From Thermoanaerobaculia bacterium (GTDB lineage Bacteria; Acidobacteriota; Thermoanaerobaculia; Gp7-AA8), in assembly GCA_963715895.1 (NCBI GenBank), contig OY970284.1, positions 4,899,892-4,963,891 of the forward strand: DNA of 64,000 nucleotides. The letters run 5' to 3'. How positions within the stretch are numbered: position 1 is the first letter of the stretch; each line of letters begins with the position of its first letter. The notes under the pieces were generated by a model. The model was not told where the DNA came from and did no database searches. It saw only the letters and a list, made by a program, of their open reading frames with translations. The translations under genes were made by a program, and so were the position numbers. Below, piece by piece: positions 46,499 through 55,564 of this stretch.

Positions 46499-47580
46499 GA
46501 TGCCGCCACCTCCACTCGCCTCGCTTCCGCCTCTTCGCGCGCGCGCACCGCCGGCAGAACCAGCCGGCGGAAGCGCTCCATCTCTTCCAGATCGGGCCAG
46601 CCCATGAAGAGGAACTGCGTCACACCCGCGTCGCGATAGGTGAAGAGCGCTTCCGTCACTTCATCAGCCGAGCCGACGATGGCCACCGAAGGCGCTCCCA
46701 TGTACGGCACCGCGCCGGTCCAGAGATACGGCGCCGGCCAGTCGTCCGCGTTTGCCAGCTTGTACGTCGAGGTGAAGGCCACCGAATCCGACTTGCGTGC
46801 AAACTCCTCATGCGTCCGCCGCGGAGCGCCGTCGAAGCGCGCCAGGAGGCGCTCCGTCGCCTCGATTGCCTCTTCATGCGTCTCGCGTACGAGAAGCGAA
46901 ACAAGGATGCCCACCTCGATCCCGCCATCGAGGAGCGGCTTGACGCGGTCGCGCATTGCCTCCGCCGGCTGGGGGAGGCGCCACATGCAGTCCGCGTGTT
47001 TCGCCGCCAGCCTCTCGCCGGGAGCGGAGTTGCCGCCGAGGAAAATCTCCGGAGAGGTCCTGTCGGGAGCAACGAATGGCGTGCTCAACTTCCCCTTCTC
47101 CACCGTGTAGTACTTGCCGGCGAAGTTTACTTCGCCCGAGCCTTTCCAGAAGGCGTTGCAGACGGTCAGGAACTCGTCGGTCCGCTCATACCGCTCGTCA
47201 TGCGCGAGAAAATCGCCGTAGTACTTCTGCTCCTCGGGCGTATGTCCGGCGACGACGTTCAGACAGATGCGGCCGCCGGTGACCGCGGCCACGCTGTTGA
47301 CCTGCTGCGCGAAGAGCGTCGGCGAACAGACGCCGGAACGAACGGCCACCATGAACTTGATGCGGGTGGTCAGCATGCCCAGGGCAGCGGCGAGAACGAT
47401 CGGATCGGCGCGATGAAAACCGAACGCCGTCAGCAGCGACTCCATCCCGCACTCCTCGGCCTGCCTGCAGAAACGGACGTGAGCATCGAGGTTCGGGATT
47501 CCTGAAACCGCCCCGCGCGCCTTGGCTCCTTTCAGCTCCTCGCCGGCCGACGACATGCTCCAGTGGAATCGCAGCGCCAT
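46495..47580 (-). CDS. LLM-class flavin-dependent oxidoreductase, tandem paralog
   Basis: Collinear with its neighbour over the whole length. ATGA overlap. Confidence 0.7.
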   Translation of the reverse strand: MALRFHWSMSSAGEELKGAKARGAVSGIPNLDAHVRFCRQAEECGMESLLTAFGFHRADPIVLAAALGMLTTRIKFMVAVRSGVCSPTLFAQQVNSVAAVTGGRICLNVVAGHTPEEQKYYGDFLAHDERYERTDEFLTVCNAFWKGSGEVNFAGKYYTVEKGKLSTPFVAPDRTSPEIFLGGNSAPGERLAAKHADCMWRLPQPAEAMRDRVKPLLDGGIEVGILVSLLVRETHEEAIEATERLLARFDGAPRRTHEEFARKSDSVAFTSTYKLANADDWPAPYLWTGAVPYMGAPSVAIVGSADEVTEALFTYRDAGVTQFLFMGWPDLEEMERFRRLVLPAVRAREEAEARRVEVAAS

Positions 47581-47584
47581 CGCT

Positions 47585-49117
47585 TCAGCCCCTCATCTCA
47601 GCGACGATTCCCATCTCGTCGAAGCGCATGCGCACCAGACTCTGGATACGGCGCGCCACCTCGGCGTAGACGTCGTATCCATGCCCGATCGGGTCGGGGA
47701 TGTCGCCGCCAGGATCGAGACACTGCGCCTTCACCGCAGCCTCCGGGTATTGCTGCACGAGCATCGCCCGCTGCGACTCCGTCATGCAATAGATAACGTC
47801 CGCCGCGACGATCAGCGCCGCCGTCAGCGGCCGCGCTTCATGCCGTGAAGGAACGATCGCCAGATCCCGCAGCGCATCGTGCGACTCGCTGGTCATCGGC
47901 GCGCCGGTGCGCGGCGACAGTCCGCCGCTCTCCGCACGAACGCGTGCAGCCGGCGACATGCCCAGCCGCGTGGCCACCTCGGCGTTGGAGATCGCCGCCG
48001 CCATCGGCGAACGGCAGGTGTTGCCACTGCAGACGAAGAGGATCAGCCGCTCCCGCACCGTCACCAGCGTCGCACCGCGGAGGCGGTCGCCTGTCACGAA
48101 CGCCCAGGCGTCTTCGATCCGGTGATGGAACGGCGAGAGCAGCAGCAGAGCGGAGAGAATCATCCCCGCGGAAACGAGCTGCGATGCCGGCGGAGCCGGA
48201 AAGCCAAACAGTTTCGATAGCACAAAGACCGCGCTGAAGCCGGCCAGGAAGCTGGCGCCGCAGAAGAGCGGCACGCAGAACGTGTTCTCCCGTCCGTCGA
48301 GATAGATCAACGTTCCGAAGATGTTGTGGCTGGCGTAGAAGATCCCGATCAAAACGACCGGCACGATCGCCGCCGGGTGCAAGGTCCAGAAGGTGGTGAA
48401 GCCGCGGCGAAGCGCCAGCGAGGTGGGGCTGTTGCCGAACAACGCCATCATCGCCGGAATGGCCGGCAGGAGGATGATCGTGACCAGCACCTCCTGCACG
48501 AAGTACGTTCGCGTGACCTCGGGATCGTGCACTTTGGCCAGCTTGGTCATGCACGGCGTTCGGAGCATGTAGCCCGTCAGGTACACAGCTAGATTCAGCG
48601 CCGCCAGCAACGGGAGCGAGTAGTCATTCGCCGCGGCGAACGAAACGGCCAACGCGGCGAAGCTGATCACCAGCGCCGCCCACGAGAACCAGCGCACGCG
48701 CCGGTTGTACGCCACATCGATGACCGGGGCCATGATCAGCAGGCCGCCGCGCATCATGATCAACGCCAGGACGATCGAGATCCCCTTGAATGTGAATGCC
48801 ACCGTCGTGCTGCCGATGATCAGCGCCAGCCCCAGGCCGGAGAGCGCGATGGCCGGCGTCGTCACCGGCACGGGGATGCCAAGGAACCGGCGGAATCGCG
48901 CGTACTTCCACCACCCGACGAGCGTGATGATCAGAGGGACCATGAAGACCGTGCCGAGGATCGCCGCCGGCAGAATCTCCAGTCCGAGAAGGCCCTTCGG
49001 TACGCCGGGCACCAATCCCGAGGTGACCGCCTTCGACAGCCCGGCGTAGGGTGTGTAAAACACCACCAGCCCCAGCGCAAACGCCCAGACGATCCGTTTC
49101 GGCATGGTCAGCGTCAT
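47585..49117 (-). CDS. fusion of ~10-TM membrane domain with C-terminal low-molecular-weight protein-tyrosine-phosphatase / ArsC-like domain
   Basis: The N-terminal 350 aa are highly hydrophobic. The C-terminus has the CX5R P-loop VCSGNTCRSPMAAA and DPIGHGYD. Confidence 0.7.
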   Translation of the reverse strand: MTLTMPKRIVWAFALGLVVFYTPYAGLSKAVTSGLVPGVPKGLLGLEILPAAILGTVFMVPLIITLVGWWKYARFRRFLGIPVPVTTPAIALSGLGLALIIGSTTVAFTFKGISIVLALIMMRGGLLIMAPVIDVAYNRRVRWFSWAALVISFAALAVSFAAANDYSLPLLAALNLAVYLTGYMLRTPCMTKLAKVHDPEVTRTYFVQEVLVTIILLPAIPAMMALFGNSPTSLALRRGFTTFWTLHPAAIVPVVLIGIFYASHNIFGTLIYLDGRENTFCVPLFCGASFLAGFSAVFVLSKLFGFPAPPASQLVSAGMILSALLLLSPFHHRIEDAWAFVTGDRLRGATLVTVRERLILFVCSGNTCRSPMAAAISNAEVATRLGMSPAARVRAESGGLSPRTGAPMTSESHDALRDLAIVPSRHEARPLTAALIVAADVIYCMTESQRAMLVQQYPEAAVKAQCLDPGGDIPDPIGHGYDVYAEVARRIQSLVRMRFDEMGIVAEMRG

Positions 49118-49126
49118 GTCGGTTCC

Positions 49127-50377
49127 TCACGGCTTGAAAAAGGACGAATCGAACGTCTTGCCCAGAACCGACTTGCCGATCGTGGCAAGCACCTGGTCAT
49201 CGTTGTCGTGACGGACGTACATCGACAGATCGCGCACGATTCGCTCGACGGGACTGGGCCGGTTGAGGGCACGCGCGCCGCAGGCGCGCACAGCGTGGTC
49301 GACGGTCTCCAGCGCCAGATGCTCGACGAGATGCCGTGCCCGGCTCCCCGCTACCTGCGCCTCGGCATACGCGCCGCTCTCCCACAGCGTAGCCACGTGG
49401 CGCAGCCAGAGATGCGCGGTCTCCACCGCCACCGCCATTTTGGCCACGTGATGCTGGACGTACGGATCGTCGGTCTTGTGCTGGCAGCGGATGTAATCGA
49501 TCGCGTAGTCGTAGGCCGCTTCCGCCGCGCCGAGAAACGACGATGCGTAGTGCGGCACGAAGCAGGTCTGCCAACCCTCGCGAAGATACTGGCCCGGCGT
49601 ACCGATGATGTTCTCGTCGGGGATGTGCGTGTTCTCGAACTCGACCACATGGCTGACCGTGGCGCGCATGCCGAGGGGATCCCACCAACGGGGATCGACA
49701 CGAACCGACGGGTCGCGAAGATCGCAAGCCGCGAGCAGCACGGTGTCGGCCGCCGCGCCGGTGGCGTGCCGCGCGCCGCCCGGTCCGGCCGTGCTGACCA
49801 GGAGCAGAGCCCACGTGGCGCCCCCCGCGCTGGTGCAGAACGCTTTCTTGCCGTTGAGCCGGTAGCCGCCGCTCACACGCTCGAGGGTCGTACCGAAGCG
49901 CGACGTGTCGCCGGGGGCGCGCGCTTGCGGCTCGCCGCTCCAGGCCACCCAGGTCTCGCCGCGCTCCACCACGCCGGGGAACCACCGCCGCTTCTGGGCC
50001 TCATCGGCCATGCCGTCGAGCAGCACCAGCGAATTGGCGTGCCCTTCCCAGCAGCGGGCCAGCGAGAGATCGGCGCGGGCGATCTCCTTCGTCATCATCC
50101 AGAGGGTGAAGACGTCGCCGCGGTACGGACCGAGCCCGAGCCCGCCGTAACTCTCAGGAATCGTAGGCGCCGTCAGCGACGCGGCGAAGAGGTCGTCGAA
50201 GTCTTCCTTCGGAAACACGGCCTCGGCGTCGTATTGCGCCGCACGTGCCGCGAACTGCTCGCGCGCCAGCCGCGCCACCTGCTCGACCAGGGCCCGGCCG
50301 CGATCGGAGAGATAGATCCCCGCGATCGGGCGGGGCTCGCTCGCCGTCTGCCGGATCGGTGTCACGTCCGCGGTCAT
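49127..50377 (-). CDS. acyl-CoA dehydrogenase family protein
   Basis: Start at MTADVTPIRQ. The ACAD-like N-terminal helical domain, middle beta-domain and C-terminal helical domain are present (GGYRLNGKKAFCTSA). Confidence 0.6.
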   Translation of the reverse strand: MTADVTPIRQTASEPRPIAGIYLSDRGRALVEQVARLAREQFAARAAQYDAEAVFPKEDFDDLFAASLTAPTIPESYGGLGLGPYRGDVFTLWMMTKEIARADLSLARCWEGHANSLVLLDGMADEAQKRRWFPGVVERGETWVAWSGEPQARAPGDTSRFGTTLERVSGGYRLNGKKAFCTSAGGATWALLLVSTAGPGGARHATGAAADTVLLAACDLRDPSVRVDPRWWDPLGMRATVSHVVEFENTHIPDENIIGTPGQYLREGWQTCFVPHYASSFLGAAEAAYDYAIDYIRCQHKTDDPYVQHHVAKMAVAVETAHLWLRHVATLWESGAYAEAQVAGSRARHLVEHLALETVDHAVRACGARALNRPSPVERIVRDLSMYVRHDNDDQVLATIGKSVLGKTFDSSFFKP

Positions 50378-50757
50378 CGCTTCACCTGATGAAAAAACTC
50401 GCGATCGAAGAAATGCGAGCGCCCGCTGCCGTCGAGGAAGGTGATGAGCTCCACCACCACCAGCACGCCCAGTTTCACATTGGCCTGCAGATCGACCCGC
50501 GCCTCGCCGAGCTCGAAGCGCGCGCTGAACGCCCCAGCCGCCCGCTCCTCGAACGTGAATGCGTAGAGGGATGCCGGAACGCTTCCCCAATCCGCCGGCG
50601 TGCCGGCGTAGCGTCCGTAAGCGCGTACGTCGATCGATCCGCCGTCATTCGCCGTGCAGACGATTCGGGCGATCGATCCCTCGGCGTTGGTATTGCGCCA
50701 GTCGCCAACCAGCACGGCGGGATCGAGTCCTCTCACAGCCGGTGCGGTAACGGTCAT
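50374..50757 (-). CDS. small hypothetical protein (127 aa), possibly lipocalin-like beta-barrel
   Basis: LVGDWRNTNAEGSIARIV...VDLQANVKLGVLVVVELITFLDGSGRSHFFDREFF. Paralogous to the next gene. Confidence 0.5.
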   Translation of the reverse strand: MTVTAPAVRGLDPAVLVGDWRNTNAEGSIARIVCTANDGGSIDVRAYGRYAGTPADWGSVPASLYAFTFEERAAGAFSARFELGEARVDLQANVKLGVLVVVELITFLDGSGRSHFFDREFFHQVKR

Positions 50758-51185
50758 GACCGGTCACCATCGATGGCCCGGTAGAAGAACTCGCGGGTGA
50801 AGCGGTCGGAGATCGGACCGGAATGACGGAAGGTTACGAACGTCGCCACCACCAGAAGGCCGAGGTTCAGATTGGCCTGGACCTCGACGTCCAAATCATC
50901 GAAACGGTAATGCGCGGTGAACGCACCGGCGCGCGTGTCTCCGGTGCCGATGCCGCCGGAGTAGAGCACCTCGGCGCGGACGCGCCCCCACGAAGGAGGC
51001 GATGGCGGAGCGCTGCCGAAGATCGTGACGTAGAGACCATCTCCTTCGGTATCGACGATCAGCGAATCGATCCACTGCTGCTTGTCGTTCGTCTTCTGCC
51101 ACGAGCCGGCAAGCGTCTCGACGACGATTCGAGGCCGTGGCGGTGTCAGATCGGGCCGGGTCCATCGCTCTGTCGATGCCGTCAT
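50754..51185 (-). CDS. small hypothetical protein (~143 aa), paralog of the preceding
   Basis: Start at MTASTERW with a GAGGAGG RBS. LAGSWQKTNDKQQWIDSLIV...VEVQANLNLGLLVVATFVTFRHSGPISDRFTREFF. Confidence 0.5.
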   Translation of the reverse strand: MTASTERWTRPDLTPPRPRIVVETLAGSWQKTNDKQQWIDSLIVDTEGDGLYVTIFGSAPPSPPSWGRVRAEVLYSGGIGTGDTRAGAFTAHYRFDDLDVEVQANLNLGLLVVATFVTFRHSGPISDRFTREFFYRAIDGDRS

Positions 51186-51406
51186 CCCATCCTCCTCAAC
51201 ATCGCTCCAACATGGCTCCAACATGGCTCACCCTTTTCGGGAAAGCGATCCAGAATCGCCACGAGCCAAGCGTGCGTCATCGAGATTCCTCGGGGGTCGC
51301 AGAGAGTGTAGTCCTCAGGTAGACGGCTTTGGCAAGCGCCGTGTGAAAATGGCGGGCGGACGGCGACATTCACATCCCGCGGCAGAGGATCGTCTTATCA
51401 TCCGAC

Positions 51407-53263
51407 GTGTCCATTCGTCTCCTCGCATCGGCCGCCGCCGCTCTACTCTCCCTGTCTGTCGCGCTTGCCGCGCCGATGCACTCCCGGCACACCGACAAGG
51501 GGATCGTCGTCGATCTCAACGTCACGCCCCTCGCCGGCGCCGATCTCCGCGAGGGAGCGCCTGTGCGCATCACCCTGAAATTCACCGACGCCACCACCGG
51601 CGCGAAGATGCGCGGCATCAACCCCGCGGCCTGGTTCGCCGCCCGCGAGGACGCTGCTCCTCCCTCCGGCCGCACGGCCTGCGAAGCCAGGATCGCCGCC
51701 TTCCTCGGCGGCAACCTCTTCTCCGAGCCGGCGCTCGACCTCAACGTCTACGACGTGGTCACGCTCAACGAAGACCCAACCCTCTCCGTCGTCGATCCGC
51801 GCTTCAGCTTCGGCGGCTCGCGCCTGCTCGCCCTCGTCGAGTTGCGCAGCCGCGGCCACGACTGGGCGCTCAGCGGCGCCAACCGCCTCTTCGTGACCAT
51901 GCCCGACGCCAACGCGGTGGCCGCCGTCGACACCGCCACATGGAAAGTGACCGCCAACCTCGACGTCGGCACGAAGCCGAAGCGCATCGCCGCCCAGCCG
52001 GGAAGCGAAGCGGTGTGGGTCACCAGTGATACGGCGGTTGCCCGGATCGCGTCGAACGATCTCACCGTCGGGACCCGTATCCCCGTTCCGGCCGGTGATC
52101 ACGACCTCGCCTTCAGCGACGACGGCCGTTACCTGGTCGTGACCAGCGGCGAAGGGAAGGTGGCCACGATGATCGAGACCGGCAGCCCGCGCAAGCCGGT
52201 CGCAGTCGCTCTTTCCTCTTCCCCGGAGGCAGTGGCCTTCTCGTCCGCCAGCGGCATGGCCTACGTCCTCGGGAAGGACGGGAAGATCGCCGTCATCGAT
52301 CCGAAGACACGAAAGGTTCGCGACACCATTCAGGCCGAGGCCGGTGCGACACGAATCCGCTTCGCGCCCGGCGGCCGCTATGGGTTCATCGTCAATACAC
52401 CGAAGGATCTCGTCCAGATTCTCGATGCCTCCTCGGGGCGGATCGAGCAACGCGGCAAGTTCGAGGGCGGGCCCTTCGAGGTCACCTTCACCCAGAACCT
52501 CGCCTACGTCCGCCACCTCCGGAGCGACGTCGTACTGATGGTGCCGCTGGCAGATTTGAGGGAAGGGAAAGCCATCTCCGTGGTCGACTTCCCCGCCGGC
52601 CAGAAATCGTTCGGCGACGCCGGCTCCCCCACGCCGGCCGACGGCATCGTCGAATCGCCCGAGCCCGGCTCCGTGCTCGTGGCCCACCCCGCCGACCAAT
52701 CGATCTACTACTACAAGGAAGGGATGGCCGCGCCGATGGGAACGTTCTCGAACTACGGCCGCGCGCCGCGCGCCGTCATCGTGATCGACCGCACGCTGCG
52801 CGAACAGAGTCCCGGCGTCTTTACGACGGTGACGCACCTCCCTGACCCCGGCTCCTACGACGCCGCCGTCTTCGTCGACTCCCCCCGCGTCGTAACCTGC
52901 TTCGACGTCGCCGTCCACGAGGACCCCAAACGCGCCGCCGAACGAATCGCCGGCGTCACCGTCGAGCCCCAGCTTGACACCCGCACCTTCGCCTCAGGCA
53001 CCCCCGTCCACCTGACCTTCCGCCTCACCGACCGCGCCACCGGCAAGCCGCTGAACAACGTGAAAGACGCCCGCCTCCTCGCCTTCCGCGCCGCCGGCGG
53101 CTGGACCCGCCGCGAACCCCTCACCCCCCTCGGCGACGGCCGTTACGAAACCACCATCACCCCGACACAGGCGGGGATCTACTACGTCTATGTCGAGAGC
53201 GCGCAGATGGACCTGCGACCGAACAGCGGGCAGTTTCTGGCAATTGAGGTTACGGGGAAGTAG
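51407..53263 (+). CDS. secreted beta-propeller (YVTN/NHL-like) repeat protein with C-terminal Ig-like region
   Basis: The signal peptide is MSIRLLASAAAALLSLSVALAAP. Repeated blade-like segments (ANAVAAVDTATWKV, PGSEAVWVTSD, GRYLVVTSGEGKV, SGMAYVLGKDGKIAVIDP). Confidence 0.6.
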   Translation: MSIRLLASAAAALLSLSVALAAPMHSRHTDKGIVVDLNVTPLAGADLREGAPVRITLKFTDATTGAKMRGINPAAWFAAREDAAPPSGRTACEARIAAFLGGNLFSEPALDLNVYDVVTLNEDPTLSVVDPRFSFGGSRLLALVELRSRGHDWALSGANRLFVTMPDANAVAAVDTATWKVTANLDVGTKPKRIAAQPGSEAVWVTSDTAVARIASNDLTVGTRIPVPAGDHDLAFSDDGRYLVVTSGEGKVATMIETGSPRKPVAVALSSSPEAVAFSSASGMAYVLGKDGKIAVIDPKTRKVRDTIQAEAGATRIRFAPGGRYGFIVNTPKDLVQILDASSGRIEQRGKFEGGPFEVTFTQNLAYVRHLRSDVVLMVPLADLREGKAISVVDFPAGQKSFGDAGSPTPADGIVESPEPGSVLVAHPADQSIYYYKEGMAAPMGTFSNYGRAPRAVIVIDRTLREQSPGVFTTVTHLPDPGSYDAAVFVDSPRVVTCFDVAVHEDPKRAAERIAGVTVEPQLDTRTFASGTPVHLTFRLTDRATGKPLNNVKDARLLAFRAAGGWTRREPLTPLGDGRYETTITPTQAGIYYVYVESAQMDLRPNSGQFLAIEVTGK

Positions 53264-53284
53264 TTGTGTGCGTTAGAAGCCCTA

Positions 53285-53340
53285 TCCGCAGATGACGCAG
53301 ATGAACGCAGATAAGACCGACTTTGATCTGCGCATCTGCG
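53285..53340. repeat. REP-like palindromic element, copy A (arms built from tandem CGCAGATGA units)
   Basis: ATCCGCAGATGACGCAGATGAACGCAGATAAG ... GATCTGCGCATCTGCG. The same arm recurs at 53717-53770, 57301-57384 and 63486-63555. Confidence 0.7.
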
Positions 53341-53443
53341 TTCCTGCTTTTCGGGCCGCGTCGTTGGCGCCCAAAGTTTGCACGACGCCTCCAAACCCGC
53401 AAGATACTTGCGTACCGGATTGACTGTCATTCACGCCTTCCTA

Positions 53444-53655
53444 AAACCGGCGAAGCCGGTTCTAGACCGTAGCCCCCGGCTTCAGTCGGGGGAACGACGT
53501 CGCTCCGTTTCTTCGAGCCCGCTTAAGCGGGCGACAGACATCCGGCTGCGGAGAACTCTTCCTGTCGCCCGCTAAGCGGGCTGCCAACTTGGGGGGATGC
53601 CTGTTCTCCCCCGACTAAAGCCGGGGGCTACGGATCTCAAGCCGGCTCCCGCCGG
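53444..53655. repeat. ~210-bp MITE-like nested palindrome (50-bp terminal inverted repeats enclosing inner inverted repeats)
   Basis: The outer IR is CCGGCGAAGCCGGTTCTAGACCGTAGCCCCCGGCTTCAGTCGGGGGAAC versus the reverse complement of GTTCTCCCCCGACTAAAGCCGGGGGCTACGGATCTCAAGCCGGCTCCCGCCGG. The inner IR is GAGCCCGCTTAAGCGGGCGACAG versus CTGTCGCCCGCTAAGCGGGCTG, and each inner arm is itself palindromic (CCCGCTTAAGCGGG). Confidence 0.7.
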
Positions 53656-53716
53656 CAGTAGGCGCTGATCGAGTTCACCAACGCCTTGGATCGGCGGAAC
53701 GGTCGAAGGACAATAC

Positions 53717-53770
53717 GCAATGAAACGCGGATGGGCCCGTCTTTATCTGCGTCCCATCTGCGTCATCTGC
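53717..53770. repeat. REP-like palindromic element, copy B (right arm TTATCTGCGTCCCATCTGCGTCATCTGCGGAT)
   Basis: Direct match to the right arms of copies C and D. Confidence 0.65.
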
Positions 53771-53801
53771 GGATGGCTTCGTTCCTGCACTTTGAACGGT
53801 A

Positions 53802-54791
53802 TTGACCTCACGAGCCCTCCCTCTCCTCCTTCTCGCTCTCGCCACCACCGCCCAGGCGCGCGTCAGGCACGTCGTACCGCCGGCGTACAACGTCGCGGCG
53901 GCGAATGATGCGGCGAAGAGACCGGTGCTGACGGCGAAAAGCCGGTCCGGGTCGTACGTCCTCCGGGCGCAGATACTTCTCGATCGGGCGCATTGCTCGC
54001 CGGGGGAGATCGATGGACGGTATGGCGGCAACACGCGGCTGGCGGTCACCGAGTTCAATCTGTCACGACGGATCAAGGGTGGATCGAACGTCAGCGCCGG
54101 AACGTGGGATGCGCTGAACAAAGATACGGCTCCGGTCATCGTCCCCTACACGATCACGGCTGAAGACGTCGCCGGTCCGTTCGTACCCATCCCGACGGAG
54201 ATGGAGGACAAGGCCAAGCTTCCGGCCCTCGGGTATCAATCGGTCGCCGAGGAGCTTGGGGAGCGGTTTCACATCAGTCCGGCGCTGCTGCAGACGATCA
54301 ATCGCGGTGTCGCGCTCGACAAGGTGGGAACGGTCATTCAGGTTCCCAATGTCACGCGCCCTCCGTTGTCGAAGACGGCCGGGATGAGCATCCGCGTCAG
54401 CAAGCGGCGGTCGACGGTCGAAGCGATCGACGCGAAGGGCGACATTCTGGCCAGCTATCCGGCCACGATGGGCAGCGTTCATGATCCCCTTCCGATCGGG
54501 AAGTGGAAGATCAACGGGGTGGAGCGGAATCCGACCTTCCATTACAACCCTGACCTCTTCTGGGACGCCGAGCCCGGCGACAAGAAGGCCAAGCTTCCTG
54601 CCGGACCGAACAACCCGGTCGGCGTGGTCTGGATCGATCTGTCGAAGCCGCACTACGGCATTCACGGCACACCCGAGCCGTCGACCATCGGCAAGACCAC
54701 CTCGCACGGCTGCATCCGGCTGACGAACTGGGATGCCAGCGAGCTGGCGGCGATGGTGACACCGGGAATGCCGGCAGTCCTCGAGAAATGA
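53802..54791 (+). CDS. L,D-transpeptidase (YkuD domain)
   Basis: A signal peptide, and a C-terminal YkuD active site HYGIHGTPEPSTIGKTTSHGCIRL. Confidence 0.85.
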   Translation: MTSRALPLLLLALATTAQARVRHVVPPAYNVAAANDAAKRPVLTAKSRSGSYVLRAQILLDRAHCSPGEIDGRYGGNTRLAVTEFNLSRRIKGGSNVSAGTWDALNKDTAPVIVPYTITAEDVAGPFVPIPTEMEDKAKLPALGYQSVAEELGERFHISPALLQTINRGVALDKVGTVIQVPNVTRPPLSKTAGMSIRVSKRRSTVEAIDAKGDILASYPATMGSVHDPLPIGKWKINGVERNPTFHYNPDLFWDAEPGDKKAKLPAGPNNPVGVVWIDLSKPHYGIHGTPEPSTIGKTTSHGCIRLTNWDASELAAMVTPGMPAVLEK

Positions 54792-55399
54792 GACCCGTCA
54801 AGAGAATGTCGTTCGCTCTGGCCGCACTCTGTGTGGTGGGACTGGCGTGGGTGGCCGCCGGGACGACGCCGGACAGGAACGCCCCGCAGTCGCCGCCCCA
54901 CCCTTCGACGAAGACCTACACCATCCCCGCGCCGATTCTGACCACTCCGTCCGGCGATGCTCCCCGTCCTCTCTCCATGCCGGTGGCGGGCATCGATCCC
55001 AGCACGATCCATGACAATTTCAACGAGATGCGCGGCGGCGATACGCGCCGTCACGACGCGCTCGACATCCTGGCCCCACGCGGAACGAACGTCGTGGCCA
55101 CGGACGACGGGACGGTGAAGAAGCTCTTCACCAGCGTACCCGGCGGACTGACCGTCTATGAGTTCGATCCCGATCAGCGCTACTGCTACTACTACGCCCA
55201 TCTCGACGCCTACGCGCCGGGCCTGCACGAGGGACAGATCCTCCGCCGCGGCGATCTGATCGGCTACGTCGGCACGACCGGCAACGCTCCAAAGGACACC
55301 CCGCATCTGCACTTCGCCGTGATCCGTCTCGATCCCGACAGGCGTTGGTGGACCGGTACGGCCATCGATCCCTATCCACTGCTTTACAGGCGGCGGTAA
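54788..55399 (+). CDS. M23 family (LytM-type) metallopeptidase
   Basis: HDALDI (HxxxD) and GNAPKDTPHLHFAV (HxH). A signal/TM N-terminus. ATGA overlap with the L,D-transpeptidase. Confidence 0.85.
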   Translation: MRPVKRMSFALAALCVVGLAWVAAGTTPDRNAPQSPPHPSTKTYTIPAPILTTPSGDAPRPLSMPVAGIDPSTIHDNFNEMRGGDTRRHDALDILAPRGTNVVATDDGTVKKLFTSVPGGLTVYEFDPDQRYCYYYAHLDAYAPGLHEGQILRRGDLIGYVGTTGNAPKDTPHLHFAVIRLDPDRRWWTGTAIDPYPLLYRRR

Positions 55400-55444
55400 C
55401 GGCCCGAGGGAGATGTTTCACGCGTCAAAACGTCCCCCTGAAAC

Positions 55445-55564
55445 TCAGTGCACCCCGTGCATCCGCAGCAACATCTGCCACAGCGCGTGGCCTCCTCCGA
55501 AGAAAAGCACCGCGCCGATGACCACGACGACCAGGATCACGATCCATGACCATCTCTTACTCAT
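55445..55564 (-). CDS. unannotated 39-aa single-TM small protein overlapping the 3' end of the permease gene
   Basis: ATGAGTAAG... encodes [45 protein letters not shown] lies 9 nt upstream. It overlaps the last 8 nt of the permease CDS and is below the 60-aa ORF-track cut-off. Confidence 0.35.
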   Translation of the reverse strand: MSKRWSWIVILVVVVIGAVLFFGGGHALWQMLLRMHGVH

